Below, one piece after another: positions 28,763 through 38,952 of a stretch of 64,000 nucleotides of DNA (the stretch's first letter is position 1; every line of letters starts with the position of its first letter). The position numbers and the translations under genes were made by a program. The notes beneath the pieces are model-generated. The model made no database searches, was not told the origin of the DNA, and worked only from the letters and a program-made list of their open reading frames with translations. Source of the stretch: Longimicrobiales bacterium (GTDB lineage Bacteria > Gemmatimonadota > Gemmatimonadetes > Longimicrobiales > Gaopeijiaceae); NCBI GenBank assembly GCA_965218295.1, contig CBDCKN010000013.1, positions 512,001 through 576,000 on the forward strand, given 5' to 3'.

Positions 28763-29761
28763 ATGGACACGCCCGAGGTACACCTTGGAGCGCCGGGGCA
28801 GGCGTCGACCGGGCTGACGGTCCGGGGCGACATCGGCCGGCGGCTGATCTCGGCGGCGGAGTTCCGGCAGCTGGCCGACGTGCCGGCGGCGGCCGAGTGG
28901 CTCGCCAACGTCGACAACGCGAACACCCGGCGGGCGTACCGGAGCGACGTCGGGGAGTTCATGTCGATGCTGGGGATCCGCCGCTTCGGCGAGCTCCCCC
29001 TCGTCCGTCGTGCCCACGTCATCGCCTGGCGGAAAATGCTCGAGGCGCGCGGTCTCGGCCCGGCGACCCGGTCCCGGAAACTCTCGGCCGTGTCCTCGCT
29101 CTTCCGCTACCTCTGTAACGCCAACGCCGTCCACGAGAACCCCGTCTCGGGCGTGAAGCGGCCCGGGACGGAGAACGCGAACGAAGGCCGGACTCCGGCA
29201 CTCTCCGACGCCCAGGCACGCCGGCTGCTCGGCGCTCCAGGGGGCGACAGCCTCCAGGCGCGGCGCGACCGGGCACTCCTCGCCGTCCTGCTCTACCACG
29301 GACTCCGCCGCGACGAGGTCGCCCGCCTCACGGTCGGCTCGCTCCACCAACACCGGGGCGTGCCGCACCTCAGGGTCCTCGGCAAGGGCTCCAAGACCCG
29401 GCCCGTGCCGGTCCACTCGGCCGCGCTCTCGGCCCTGGGCGATTACCTCGAGCTCGCCGGGCACCGCCGCGACCGGAACGCACCCCTGTTCCAGCCGACC
29501 CAGGCCCGATGGGCCGGCCGGCCGCTCACGGGCGACGGCATCTACAAGCTCGTCCGGAAATACGCTTCCCTGGCCGCCGTCCCCATGGAGCGCATCGTCC
29601 ACGCCCTACGGGCCACAGCCGCCACCAACGCCCTCGAGCACGACGCCGACATCGCCCGCGTCCAGGACTGGCTCGGCCACGCCAACGTTAGCACCACCCG
29701 GCTCTACGACCGGCGTGCACGCCGCCCCGAGGACAGCCCGACGTTCCGGGTTAGCTACTGA
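28763..29761 (+). CDS. tyrosine recombinase (plasmid resolvase/XerD-like), intact
   Basis: [47 protein letters not shown]. Confidence 0.93.
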   Translation: MDTPEVHLGAPGQASTGLTVRGDIGRRLISAAEFRQLADVPAAAEWLANVDNANTRRAYRSDVGEFMSMLGIRRFGELPLVRRAHVIAWRKMLEARGLGPATRSRKLSAVSSLFRYLCNANAVHENPVSGVKRPGTENANEGRTPALSDAQARRLLGAPGGDSLQARRDRALLAVLLYHGLRRDEVARLTVGSLHQHRGVPHLRVLGKGSKTRPVPVHSAALSALGDYLELAGHRRDRNAPLFQPTQARWAGRPLTGDGIYKLVRKYASLAAVPMERIVHALRATAATNALEHDADIARVQDWLGHANVSTTRLYDRRARRPEDSPTFRVSY

Positions 29762-29837
29762 CGGCGCGAAACAAGCCCCTCCGGGACGGATAATCGCGAC
29801 AGGAGACGTATGCCCGAAAGCGCGGGGGCAAATACGA

Positions 29838-30002
29838 AGCTGGGTGAATATACGCAACGACGCCGAACGCGCATCAAGTGTTCACAGAACCCAGGCGGAA
29901 GCCATCGCGGCGGCCGAAGACACGTCCAACCAGAAGCTCTTGGCTGAAGCGCTCGACATGCTCTTTCAGAGCCGTAAGATGCCGATGATTGCAACAAAGT
30001 GA
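29838..30002 (+). pseudogene. chimera of a DUF2188-like fragment and the C-terminus of the RHH partition gene
   Basis: WVNIRNDAERASSVHRTQAEAIAAA fused to EDTSNQKLLAEALDMLFQSRKMPMIATK (compare 7122-7208). Confidence 0.6.
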
Positions 30003-30036
30003 ACACCGGCACGTGTGCACACCTACACACCGCATC

Positions 30037-31073
30037 CTAGGCTCGTCGCGCGTAGCGGGCCTTGCAGAAGCCTAGGAAGGCTGCATCCGGACTCTTCAGG
30101 GTGGGGCCTCCAGACTGACGCCAGAATTCCTTCCAGTCGCCTTCCCAGGTGTAGACATCCTCACCCATCGTGTAGCGTTTCGCGCGCTCGTACGTGTCCA
30201 ACGAAGCGGAAGGGCGGTGGGTCGTCCTGGCGGTGGCTCTCCCACCACGCACCTCGGTTGCGAAACACCACCTGGTCAGATTCTTCGTCGAACTCGATTG
30301 TGTAGTCCGGCAGATGGTTGCTTTCTGCCAACTGCTTGGTGAAGAAGCGAAATTTCTTCAGCGGGCTCCGTGCGCCCATCTTTTTACGGAGGAGCTCAAG
30401 GCCGATGCGCCAGTCGGCCTTTCGGCCGCAATGCTTCCGGGCAATCTCATAGACACGGCGCTCGTACGGCCTTCCGAGGCGGAAGTAGTCTCGGTTGAGG
30501 GTTAGAACCTCGCCTGCACGAATCGCACGGAACACCCAATCAGATAGGGTGACCTCGACCCACAGCAAGCGGCCATCCAGACCTTTTTTCCGGCGTACCG
30601 AGGAAGCATCAATGAGCCCAAACGTATCGATTTGCTCCTCATCACCCGTGCGGATGTTCGTGCTGATGGTGGTTCCTCGTAGCCGCTCGAGAGCGGATAT
30701 GAACGCCTTATAGTCCTTCCCTCCGGTGTCCCGGTTGCAGAAAATCAGAAAGTCGCGTGTGTTGATCCGTACCCGCGGGCTGACGGGCTGGCCATCGTTG
30801 AGTTTCGCCATGACCTGTGATATGGCGAAGATCAGGATATCCTTGTCGTAGATCGTTGCTAGGCCCTTCACACTCGGCGTGATCTCCAACCAGTGTTCGC
30901 CGTGCTCGTAGCGGCTAACGGACGTTACAGGCTTCTTGGAGAGGGAGTAAAGGGGATGCTCCATCTGCTGCGTGACGTCCTTCAGGACGGCGTCAGCGAC
31001 ATCGCAGATGAACAGGTCCGGCTGCGGATGTCTGACCGGTAGGAGGTTCGAGTTCGGGGTTTCAGGAAACCAT
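30037..31073 (-). CDS. repA: plasmid replication initiator RepA (RPA family), frameshifts near 31067 and 30210
   Basis: LLPVRHPQPDLFICDV, MEHPLYSLSKKP, GLATIYDKDILIF, LNRDYFRL..PYERRVYEIARKHCG; C-terminus DVYTWEGDW..SPDAAFLGFCK in another frame. Confidence 0.9.
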
Positions 31074-31300
31074 GAGTTCCAAGGTTCGGGGTTTCAGGAA
31101 CTGCCGTCAAGAAGGTTGAAGGGTTTCAGGAACCACGCGGACTGTGGAAAACTCCCCTGCCTACCCACTCCAAGGTTCGGGGTTTCAGGAACCAAGGCTC
31201 GGGGTTTCAGGAACCGGCTTCCCCACTAACTCGTTCACCTACAAGGTGTTACTAGTTACCGAAGCGCTTGTAACACATTACTTTAACTCTTATTAACACA
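31052..31300. repeat. iteron origin: five GGGTTTCAGGAA direct repeats, DnaA-box-like site, AT-rich tract
   Basis: Repeats at about 31052, 31081, 31112, 31172 and 31194; TGTGGAAAA at 31143; taacacattactttaactcttattaac at 31271-31297. Confidence 0.85.
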
Positions 31301-31628
31301 CGTGGTCGCCTACCCTCCGTTCGCTCCGCTCACTACGCCCCACGCCTAACGGCGTGGCCTAAAACAGGAGTAGCCACGCGATTTCCGAACGGACGGGGGT
31401 GAATCCGACGGGCCACCCGTCACCGAGAAATCGCCGTAGCCGGCTTCCTGGATGCGCTCGACGGCCGGACATAGCCGGACATAGGTCGAGAAAAGAGGGG
31501 GAATCGATCAAGATCGGCGACCACCGCGGACCGCTGATCGTTCCCGAGGAAGCGACCACGGCGATCCACACCAACTAGCCTATTTTTCTCATTTCGGAAA
31601 TCCGGCGATTGACCGGTAGCATGTTCGA

Positions 31629-32672
31629 TCACATATCCGGTGCGATCGTCTCGCCGTTCCAGTTCTCAGGGACCGGCTGGTACTCGGTAAACGGGTAGGT
31701 GCGCTGGTGCAGTGGACGTCCGCCATCCCGGAGAGACATGGCAGCAGGAGTGATGCAGCATTCGATGAAGTCCCAGATAGCGTCTACACGCATACCGAAA
31801 TTCAGGCTACCCACGCCAATACGCACGAGATCTTCATCGGTATCGGCTACCCTGGCTTCTATGCTCCCAAAGTGAACGGCGATTACCCATCCATATTGGT
31901 CGAACACCGGGCTGCCGCTAGTGCCTCCCGTGGCATTGAAGTTGTATTGCACCTCGACATATTCGGCGTCCCCTGACCCTTGGATCCTGAGGGCGCTGAT
32001 CGTGCCCTCCTTGAATGTGGCGTTGACCGTGTTATCAGCATCTCGTCCCGTGAACTGCAGCTCACCGGGGAATCCCAAAGTCGCTACGGGCTGCCCTATA
32101 CGGAGGCCATCCACATGTTCACGAGGAAGGACTGACAGGCCCTCTTCGGCTAGCACGTCATCGAGGAAGAATACTCCGACATCGGGAGTGTCACCGACGG
32201 CCTCTGTAGGGTCATAGGCAGGATGGATTAAACCTGGATCAGATATCACGTACGCGTCCCGACCCCCGAGCATGCTACCCGACCTAAGGGCAACGGCCTC
32301 TGGGTTTCTGTCGGAAAAAATGGCAAGTGCCTCCTCCAGCCCCTGTACGATATGGGCACTGGTCCAGAGGGCATTGGAGTACTCGGCATTGAATCCGGTG
32401 CCGATAAGCACTACGCGGCGATCCGATCCGTTGGGGTTATCGAACGATACTCCTATACCAAACACGCCAGCCTCGAGGTTCCCACTCTCAACAACCTCAC
32501 CCCAGTCAAACGGCTCGCCTATCTCTCCTTGGGGCCCCTGTGGCCCCCCTGGCCCCTGTGACCCTGTCGTTCCCGTCGGCCCTTGGGGCCCCTGTGGACC
32601 CGTAGGTCCGATCGGACCCTCGCAACTGACCGTGAGTAGTGCTACTAAGACAAAAAGGGCTACGCGGGGCAT
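31629..32672 (-). CDS. lipoprotein with collagen-like repeat and trypsin-like serine protease domain
   Basis: LTVSC lipobox, GPIGPTGPQGPQ (Gly-X-Y)n, TSAH / DVG / GGTSGSPV catalytic motifs. Confidence 0.85.
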   Translation of the reverse strand: MPRVALFVLVALLTVSCEGPIGPTGPQGPQGPTGTTGSQGPGGPQGPQGEIGEPFDWGEVVESGNLEAGVFGIGVSFDNPNGSDRRVVLIGTGFNAEYSNALWTSAHIVQGLEEALAIFSDRNPEAVALRSGSMLGGRDAYVISDPGLIHPAYDPTEAVGDTPDVGVFFLDDVLAEEGLSVLPREHVDGLRIGQPVATLGFPGELQFTGRDADNTVNATFKEGTISALRIQGSGDAEYVEVQYNFNATGGTSGSPVFDQYGWVIAVHFGSIEARVADTDEDLVRIGVGSLNFGMRVDAIWDFIECCITPAAMSLRDGGRPLHQRTYPFTEYQPVPENWNGETIAPDM

Positions 32673-33085
32673 CGTCAATCTCCTAAACATCGATCACAAA
32701 GGCGTCGGGCCATTCGTCAGCGGGATGGCCCTTACCTATTCGCCTTATGGGCGTTAGCGCAAGGCGATAACGGGGAAGACGATCCTGCTCTGCTGTAAGG
32801 CGCGCCCCCCATCGGGGGTTCTACGCCCCGTAGCGAAGCTTGGCCACCGCCGGCGCCGGTCGATCACGCGAACGACGTTGTGCCGACAGAGCCCCGTCGC
32901 CTCCCCCGCGACGGGTCCGGAGGGGGCGGCCCACCGCGCTGAACGTCGCCCCCTGCCGGGCCGCCCTGGGCCCGCGTCTTCCGGCCGGATTCTTCCCGGA
33001 GCGGCCGCGCCCACCCGAGGTATATGGGTGGAGCTGGGGGCCATGCTGGGATCGTCACCGTCGGCTCGCTCCACGAGCACCGGGA

Positions 33086-33466
33086 GCCGGCGGTGACCGT
33101 CCGGATCCACCGCGTAGGCCACGAGCGCGCTCACGTTCTCGACCTTCCTGGCCCAGCGCGCATCGAGGAACGTCGCGTCCAGATACAGATGGGGGTGAGG
33201 CCCCTCGATGGGTGCGCTCCGCAGCGCTTCTACAGCCCCATCGAGCCGCTTCGCGACCCGGCTTACCGTCGAGCGTCCCACGCGCTCACCCAGCAGTGCT
33301 TCGGTCACGTCGCCCATCTTGCGCTGCGACACACCGCTCACGTAGGCCTCCACCATCATCTCGTCCACTTCTTCACTCCTGCGCCGGTAGCGGCCCATCA
33401 CGTCGGCGGGCGAGCCGCCTTCCCGGCTGCGCGGCACCATCACGTCGATCTGACCCAAGCTCGTGA
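33086..33466 (-). mobile_element. IS256-family transposase internal fragment
   Basis: TSLGQIDVMVPRSR, AYVSGVSQRK, VSRVAKRLD, LYLDA. Confidence 0.85.
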
Positions 33467-33654
33467 GCAGGTGCTGGTCGAGCAATGGAGGCGCGAGTAC
33501 AATACCGTCCGACCCCACAGCGCCTGCGGCGGCTTTCCCCCGGCCCCTGAGGCGATTAAGCCGTCGCCCTGGTTCCTGAGGATGCCCGTCCTTCACGGCC
33601 CTCCACAGGTGCTGGGACTAACATAGGATGTGGTACCACTCTTGGGGGCAGGTC
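33467..33654 (+). mobile_element. 3' end of another IS3-family element
   Basis: QVLVEQWRREYNTVRPHSA..PPAPEA and terminal GTGGTACCACTCTTGGGGGCAGGTCA. Confidence 0.8.
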
Positions 33655-34598
33655 AATCGGAGTGGTGGACGAGGCCAGACCGCGGCTGCCGAAGTTCGAG
33701 TGCGGCATCGAGTGCGGCCAGGCAAAGACGCGCGTCCAGGAGATGGCTGATGGCGTAGCCAATGACACGCCGCGACCACACGTCGAGCACGACAGCTAGG
33801 AAAACAAAGCCGGTCGTGAGCCGGATGTACGTCAGATCGGCCACCCAGAGCTCGTCAGGCCCCTCGGGCGTAATCGAGGGCCTCAGGTTCGGGTAGACGC
33901 GCTGCTTGTGATTGCTGTTCGTCGTAGCAAGCCATGCGCGCACGCGGCGGGGCGTAAGCGCGTGTTCACGCATGACCCGAGCGACTCGCTTGTGATTGAC
34001 TACCAGGCCGCGTCTCCGGAGCTCGTGCGTAACCCGTCGATATCCGTAGGCGGGGAACTCGGCGAGGATGTCTTCGATCCGCACGCGCAGGTCTGCGTCC
34101 GTTCTCTCCCGAGCGGTCTCGCAGGCCGCATCCGGTCGCTTGTAGAAGGTACTCCTCGGGATGTTCATGAGGCTGCATCCTCGTCGGACAGGGACACCCC
34201 TGGTCCGGAGATGATCGACGACCGCGCGCTTTTCTGTGACGGCTGTATCAGAGCCCTTTTTTTCATGGCGTCGAGTTCCATCGTCAACTGACCAATCTTG
34301 CGCTCGAGTGCCGCGATCTTGGCCTGGTCCTCGCCAACTTGCTCCTGCAGGTGGATCTCCTCCGTAAGTTCGCCTTCCCCGTATTTCTTGACCCAGATCA
34401 TGAGCAGGGAGTGAGGCACACCGTGTCGAGTAGCGATCGCCCTGGCACTGCCTTCTCCATCCAAGTACGCCTGGACCAGCTGGATCTTGAACTCCGTGCT
34501 GTACCTCGTGTGTCGTCGAACCGTCATCGAACCTCCCGAGTGATTACGGAAGGTCAATCCATCGCCCCCTCTGTGTCCACTTCGTGGGGTTCACTCCA
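33655..34598 (-). mobile_element. IS3-family element truncated at HHSD (orfA 34165-34527, orfB 33653-34168)
   Basis: End TGGAGTGAACCCC at 34598; WVADLTYI, LDVWSRRVIG. Confidence 0.9.
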
Positions 34599-34732
34599 AG
34601 TGGCGGACGAAAATGTCACACTCGGCGGTCCTGTAGCTTGGGCTGCGAGGCGCCGAGTGTGAGTTCTACAAGCTGAGCGCCCACGCGGCCGATCCTCCAC
34701 CTTCGCGACTCCACTCACACGTCGGAGGCGCG

Positions 34733-35761
34733 ATGTACGGAAGGGAGAAGCATGTGTTGCTCAGGCACTATCTCGAAGAAGGCATGTCGAAGGCGGTCAT
34801 CGGCCGTGAACTGGGCGTTGACCGACGCACCATCTATCGCTGGATCGAGGCCGAGGAACTGGATCGGGACGGGGGCAACGAGCCGGTCCGCTATAGACCT
34901 CGAGCGCCGAAGCCCACCAAGTTGGATCCCTACAAGGGTATCATCCAAGCACGCTTGAAGACCTACCCGCGACTCACTGCGATCCGGCTTCGCGAGGAGA
35001 TCCGAGCGGCAGGGTATCGGGGTGGCTACACGCAGCTCAAGGAGTATGTGCGGGAGGTGCGGCCGCGGCCGCCTGAAGATCCGGTCGTCCGCTTCGAGAC
35101 GCCGCCTGGCCACCAGGGTCAAGTCGATTTCGCGGACTTCCGCCTTCCGTGGGGCAAGCGCCATGCGTTCCTGGTCGTGCTAGGCTTCTCTCGCGTCCTG
35201 TGGCTGCAGTTCTTCTGCCGGCAGACGATGCAGGAGGTCTTCGAGGGCCTGGAGGGGGCGTTCGCCTTCTTCGGCGGCGTGCCCCGAGAGTTGCTGTTCG
35301 ACCAGATGAAGGCCGTCATCATCAGGGATGAGCGAGACGACGGAGGTCGCCTCACTGAGAACACCGAGTTCCTGCGCTTCGCGAACCATCATGGCTTCCG
35401 GATCCGGGCATGCAGGCCCTACCGGGCCCGGACCAAAGGCAAGGTCGAGCGACCGGTGAGTTACGTCCGTTCGAGCTTCTTCTACGGTCGGACCTTCACG
35501 TCGGACGAGGATCTCAACCGTCAGGCCCGCCACTGGCTCGATCACGTGGCCAACGTCCGCGTCCATGGCACGCTGAAGGAGCGACCCGTCGATCGCCTCG
35601 AGCGTGAGCAAGACGTGTTGGGGCCCCTGGCCTCGCGCCCGTACCGGTCCTTCGTCTTGCCGCCCGAGGCGAAGAGGCGGGCCAAGGCTGTCCTTCCCCG
35701 CATCGCCGTAGAGCGTCGGTCGCTGGAGGCCTACGCCCAGGTGACGGGAGGTGGACGATGA
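34733..35761 (+). CDS. istA: IS21 transposase
   Basis: RFETPPG.QGQVDF, LLFDQMK, TKGKVERPV. Confidence 0.95.
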   Translation: MYGREKHVLLRHYLEEGMSKAVIGRELGVDRRTIYRWIEAEELDRDGGNEPVRYRPRAPKPTKLDPYKGIIQARLKTYPRLTAIRLREEIRAAGYRGGYTQLKEYVREVRPRPPEDPVVRFETPPGHQGQVDFADFRLPWGKRHAFLVVLGFSRVLWLQFFCRQTMQEVFEGLEGAFAFFGGVPRELLFDQMKAVIIRDERDDGGRLTENTEFLRFANHHGFRIRACRPYRARTKGKVERPVSYVRSSFFYGRTFTSDEDLNRQARHWLDHVANVRVHGTLKERPVDRLEREQDVLGPLASRPYRSFVLPPEAKRRAKAVLPRIAVERRSLEAYAQVTGGGR

Positions 35762-36600
35762 AGGCCGGCGCTCGCTCACGCCGCGACCGGATCCGGGCCC
35801 AGCTCGCCGATCTCAAGATGCCCGGTGCGCTGGAGGCACTGGACGAGGTCCTCACCGGAGTCGATGGCGGAGGGGTCACGGCCTCAGAGGCGATCGAGCA
35901 ACTCCTCGGTGCCCAGATCACGCTGCGCAACAACCGGCGCCTCCAAGTCGCCATGCGCTCCAGCCGGCTGCCGGCCATCAAGTTGCTCGAGGACTTCGAC
36001 TTCACCTTCCAGCCCTCGATCAAGCGCGAGCAGATCGACAGTCTCCACGAGCTCGGCTTCCTGGAGCGGAAGGAGAACGTGATCTTCCTCGGCCCTCCGG
36101 GCGTCGGCAAAACGCATCTGGCGATCAGCCTGGCCATCGCCGCAGCCCAGAGTGGCCGCAGGGTCTACTACGGCGCCCTGGCCGACCTCATCACCTCGCT
36201 GGAAGAAGCCAAAGCCGCGGGCCGGCTGGGACACCGCCTCAAGATCCTGACCTACCCTTCGCTCCTGGTCGTCGACGAGATCGGCTACCTACCGGTCAGC
36301 CAGACCGGCGCGATGTTCTTCTTCCAGCTGATCAACCGGCGCTACGAGCACGCATCCACTGTGCTCACGCCCAATAAGGGCTTCGAGGAGTGGGGCCAGA
36401 TCCTGGGCGACGAGGTCATGGCTGCGGCGCTCATCGACCGGCTCCTGCACCACTGCCACATCGTCAACATCCGCGGCAACAGCTACCGCATGCGTCACCA
36501 TACGGAGCTCTCCAAAGCGCTCCACTCGCCTCCTGTGGAGCCGAGCTCCTCGACCCTCCGGAGAAGGACGGCTAAAGCAAAGGAGAAAACGACGAACTAG
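35758..36600 (+). CDS. istB: IS21 helper ATPase
   Basis: GPPGVGKTH, LLVVDEIGY, DRLLHH, GNSYR. Confidence 0.95.
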   Translation: MKAGARSRRDRIRAQLADLKMPGALEALDEVLTGVDGGGVTASEAIEQLLGAQITLRNNRRLQVAMRSSRLPAIKLLEDFDFTFQPSIKREQIDSLHELGFLERKENVIFLGPPGVGKTHLAISLAIAAAQSGRRVYYGALADLITSLEEAKAAGRLGHRLKILTYPSLLVVDEIGYLPVSQTGAMFFFQLINRRYEHASTVLTPNKGFEEWGQILGDEVMAAALIDRLLHHCHIVNIRGNSYRMRHHTELSKALHSPPVEPSSSTLRRRTAKAKEKTTN

Positions 36601-36690
36601 AGGCTCGTCACCTCCCCCCGAAGTGTGACATTTTCAACCTCCAACAACTGTGACATTTTCAACCGGCGTTGACAACAAGGAGGAGCCGAG

Positions 36691-38541
36691 ATGAAGGAGT
36701 GTCTTGTCAGACGAGGGTACCATTGGATGGTCATGTTTCTCGTGGTCGCAGTCGTGGGGTGCGGCGGGGATTCTCCCACGGATGATGGTGGTGGTGCCCC
36801 CCCCCCGTTTCGACGACTTCGGTGACGGTCGGGGACTTTTTCTTCAATGCGGAAAGTATCGTCGTCGACCCCGGCGCGACGGTAACGTGGACGTGGGTGG
36901 GGGCCATCTCACATAACGTGACGTTTGCCTCCAGCGCGATTACCAGTTCCGACACGCAGATTGATGGTGTCCCGCTGACAGTTGAAGGTGGTGGCTCCGG
37001 AGAGTCTCCTTGTTAGCCTGCCTTTCTCATTTCGGCAACCGGTTCATGGTCGTCGAGGTGGGCCCTGAGCATCCAGAGCTGGTCGTAGCCGATGATCCTC
37101 CGGTAGCTCTTCTCGGTCTCCACGAACGAGGCCGCAGCCCAGCGCAAGGCCATCGCTCCGTTCTTCCAGTTGGTCACCCTGCGGGTCTTCTGTCTTACGC
37201 CCGAGTGGGTGCTGTCGATCAGGTTGGTCGAGCCCAGGCACTTCCTCAGCCGCGGCGGGAGGCCGAGCCGGTTGATCGTGAACATCTCGCTGAGGCCTTC
37301 GCGTAGGCTGGCCGAGGCCGAGGGGTGGTCGCGCTCGAGCCATCGGGCGAGCTGCTCGAGCTTCTGCTCGCCCTGCTTCGCGTCCAGCTTCATCGCCGCC
37401 CGGAACGCCGCCTTCACCTGAGGATGCTGATCCTTCGGCAGATGACCCAGCACGTTGCGGAGCTTGTGGTTGCGGCAGCGCTGGATGGGGTGACGTTGGC
37501 CGAACACCTTCTCGATCGCCTTCCTGAGCGCTTTCGAGCCATCGATCACGAACAGCCGCCGCCTGCCCGGGTCCAGGCCGCGCTCGACCAGATCCTCTAG
37601 GAGCGCCCCGGTCACCTCGGCGTTCTCACTCGCTCCTTCCCTCACGCCCAGCACGTGCTTCTTTCCGTCTGAGTCCACGCCTACCGCAGCAAGCACGTGG
37701 TGCGAGCCCATCTGGATCCCGTCCAGGTAGATCACCAGGAGGTCCCACGCATCCAGCCGGCGCTCCATCAGCTCCTTCAGCACGCGCTCCGAGGCCTCGA
37801 CCGTCTCACGGCTCACCGCCGACTTGCTCACCCCGACCGTGTCGGCCATCTCACCGATCACACGGCCGTACTTCCGCGTGCTCACCCCCGCCATCAGGAC
37901 CTCGAGCATCCGATCCGCCACGGCGCCCGGTCTCCGCATCGCTGCGTACGCCGGCACCTCGACCTCGCCACCCTCCCCGGCGCCCCGGCGCCTGAGCCGT
38001 GGCCGCTCCACACGCACCTTCCGGTCCGACAGGTAAACCACACCACCCTGCCGGCCATACCACACCGTGTCGTCTTCCGCTCGTGACCGACCTGCCTGCT
38101 TCACGCCTGCCACACCCTCGGCGCTCATCTCCAGCACCGCTTCGATCGTCGCTCGTCCCATCACCTGGATGACTTCGTCGATCGCGACCTCCGTCTGCTC
38201 CACGAGCTCAAGCATCGGAAGCAGAAACTGCCCCTCCCGCTTCAGGAACTCCCTGATCGCGCGCTTGTCCGCCCGATCCCTTACCTCGTACGTTCTCTTC
38301 ATCGTGGTGGCTCCGTGTTGGGGTTTTTGCCTACCCGAGCCTATCGGCCCGGGACCCCCGGAGCCACCACTTTTCTTTCTCCCCTATCAGGAACCTTCAA
38401 CTACGGTTGGGACAGCTTCCGCAGATTAACGGTACGCATCAGGCCGCGATGCCAACTGCGACTGGGGCGTACGGTTACCAGTGCACCATCCATCCGTCTT
38501 TGATGAACGGCTCGGTAACGGTCCAGCAGCAGAGAGCCTGA
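36691..38541 (+). pseudogene. plastocyanin/cupredoxin lipoprotein interrupted by IS256, with a frameshift at a poly-C tract
   Basis: VVGC lipobox; GATVTWTW..SHNVTF | YQCTIHPSLMNGSVTV gives type-1 Cu ligands H, C, H, M. Confidence 0.88.
36963..38419 (-). mobile_element. IS256-family element, intact (transposase 37013-38302)
   Basis: Imperfect IRs, 8-bp duplication CGCAGATT; GVSTRK, IYLDG, IDGSKAL, QRCRNHK, STNLID. Confidence 0.95.
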
Positions 38542-38654
38542 TGTTGGTGATGGCCGCCTCCGAACGACGGAGGTGGCCGTTACTGCGGGGTCCCTATTCT
38601 TTAGCGCCCATCCGCCAGATCTGAAATCGTTTCGTAGCTGGCCTACAACGATGG

Positions 38655-38952
38655 GACTGCTGCGAGTGGGCAGTGAGGGGGACGGCCGCTACGCGTTACT
38701 CCGCCAACTCGCAGAGGTTACGGGGGCTTCTCGAGCAGTGTGGATGCCGTAGTGAGGTGAGAGTCGGAAGGAGACGCATGTAGGCTCCATGTAGCTGTCG
38801 GGATACTCGCACCGGATCGTGAGCCGAGGAGTGCGAGTCTGAGGCTAACTGAGCCCTTCTCGCGGCTGGCGGCCATGGGGCTGCCCGATTAGAGGTCGGA
38901 AGCCGCCGGTTGGACTAGCCGCAGGGGTGGGCTTCGGCCTGCCCCCGCGTTT
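38655..38952 (+). ncRNA. candidate structured non-coding RNA ending in a UUCG terminator hairpin
   Basis: No ORF of 60 aa or more; stems 38660-71/38703-14, 38805-12/38831-38, 38864-73/38902-11; terminator 38921-38952. Confidence 0.35.

Larger units (their letters stand above)
34599..36674 (+). mobile_element. IS21-family element, left tip displaced
   Basis: Right end with repeated GTGACATTTTCAACC ending GGCGTTGACA; one GAAAATGTCAC repeat left at 34609. Confidence 0.92.

Noticed and set aside
28763..29761. Recombinase as an integron integrase for the attC-like sites
   Set aside because: No IntI-specific insertion before the HxLR motif; it has its own resolvase-type site and lies more than 11 kb away
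31052..31215. Short direct repeats as a mini-CRISPR
   Set aside because: Spacing is irregular and short; position at repA fits iterons
32680..32760. CCTAAAC...GTTAGCG as an attC site
   Set aside because: Internal complementarity too weak to support
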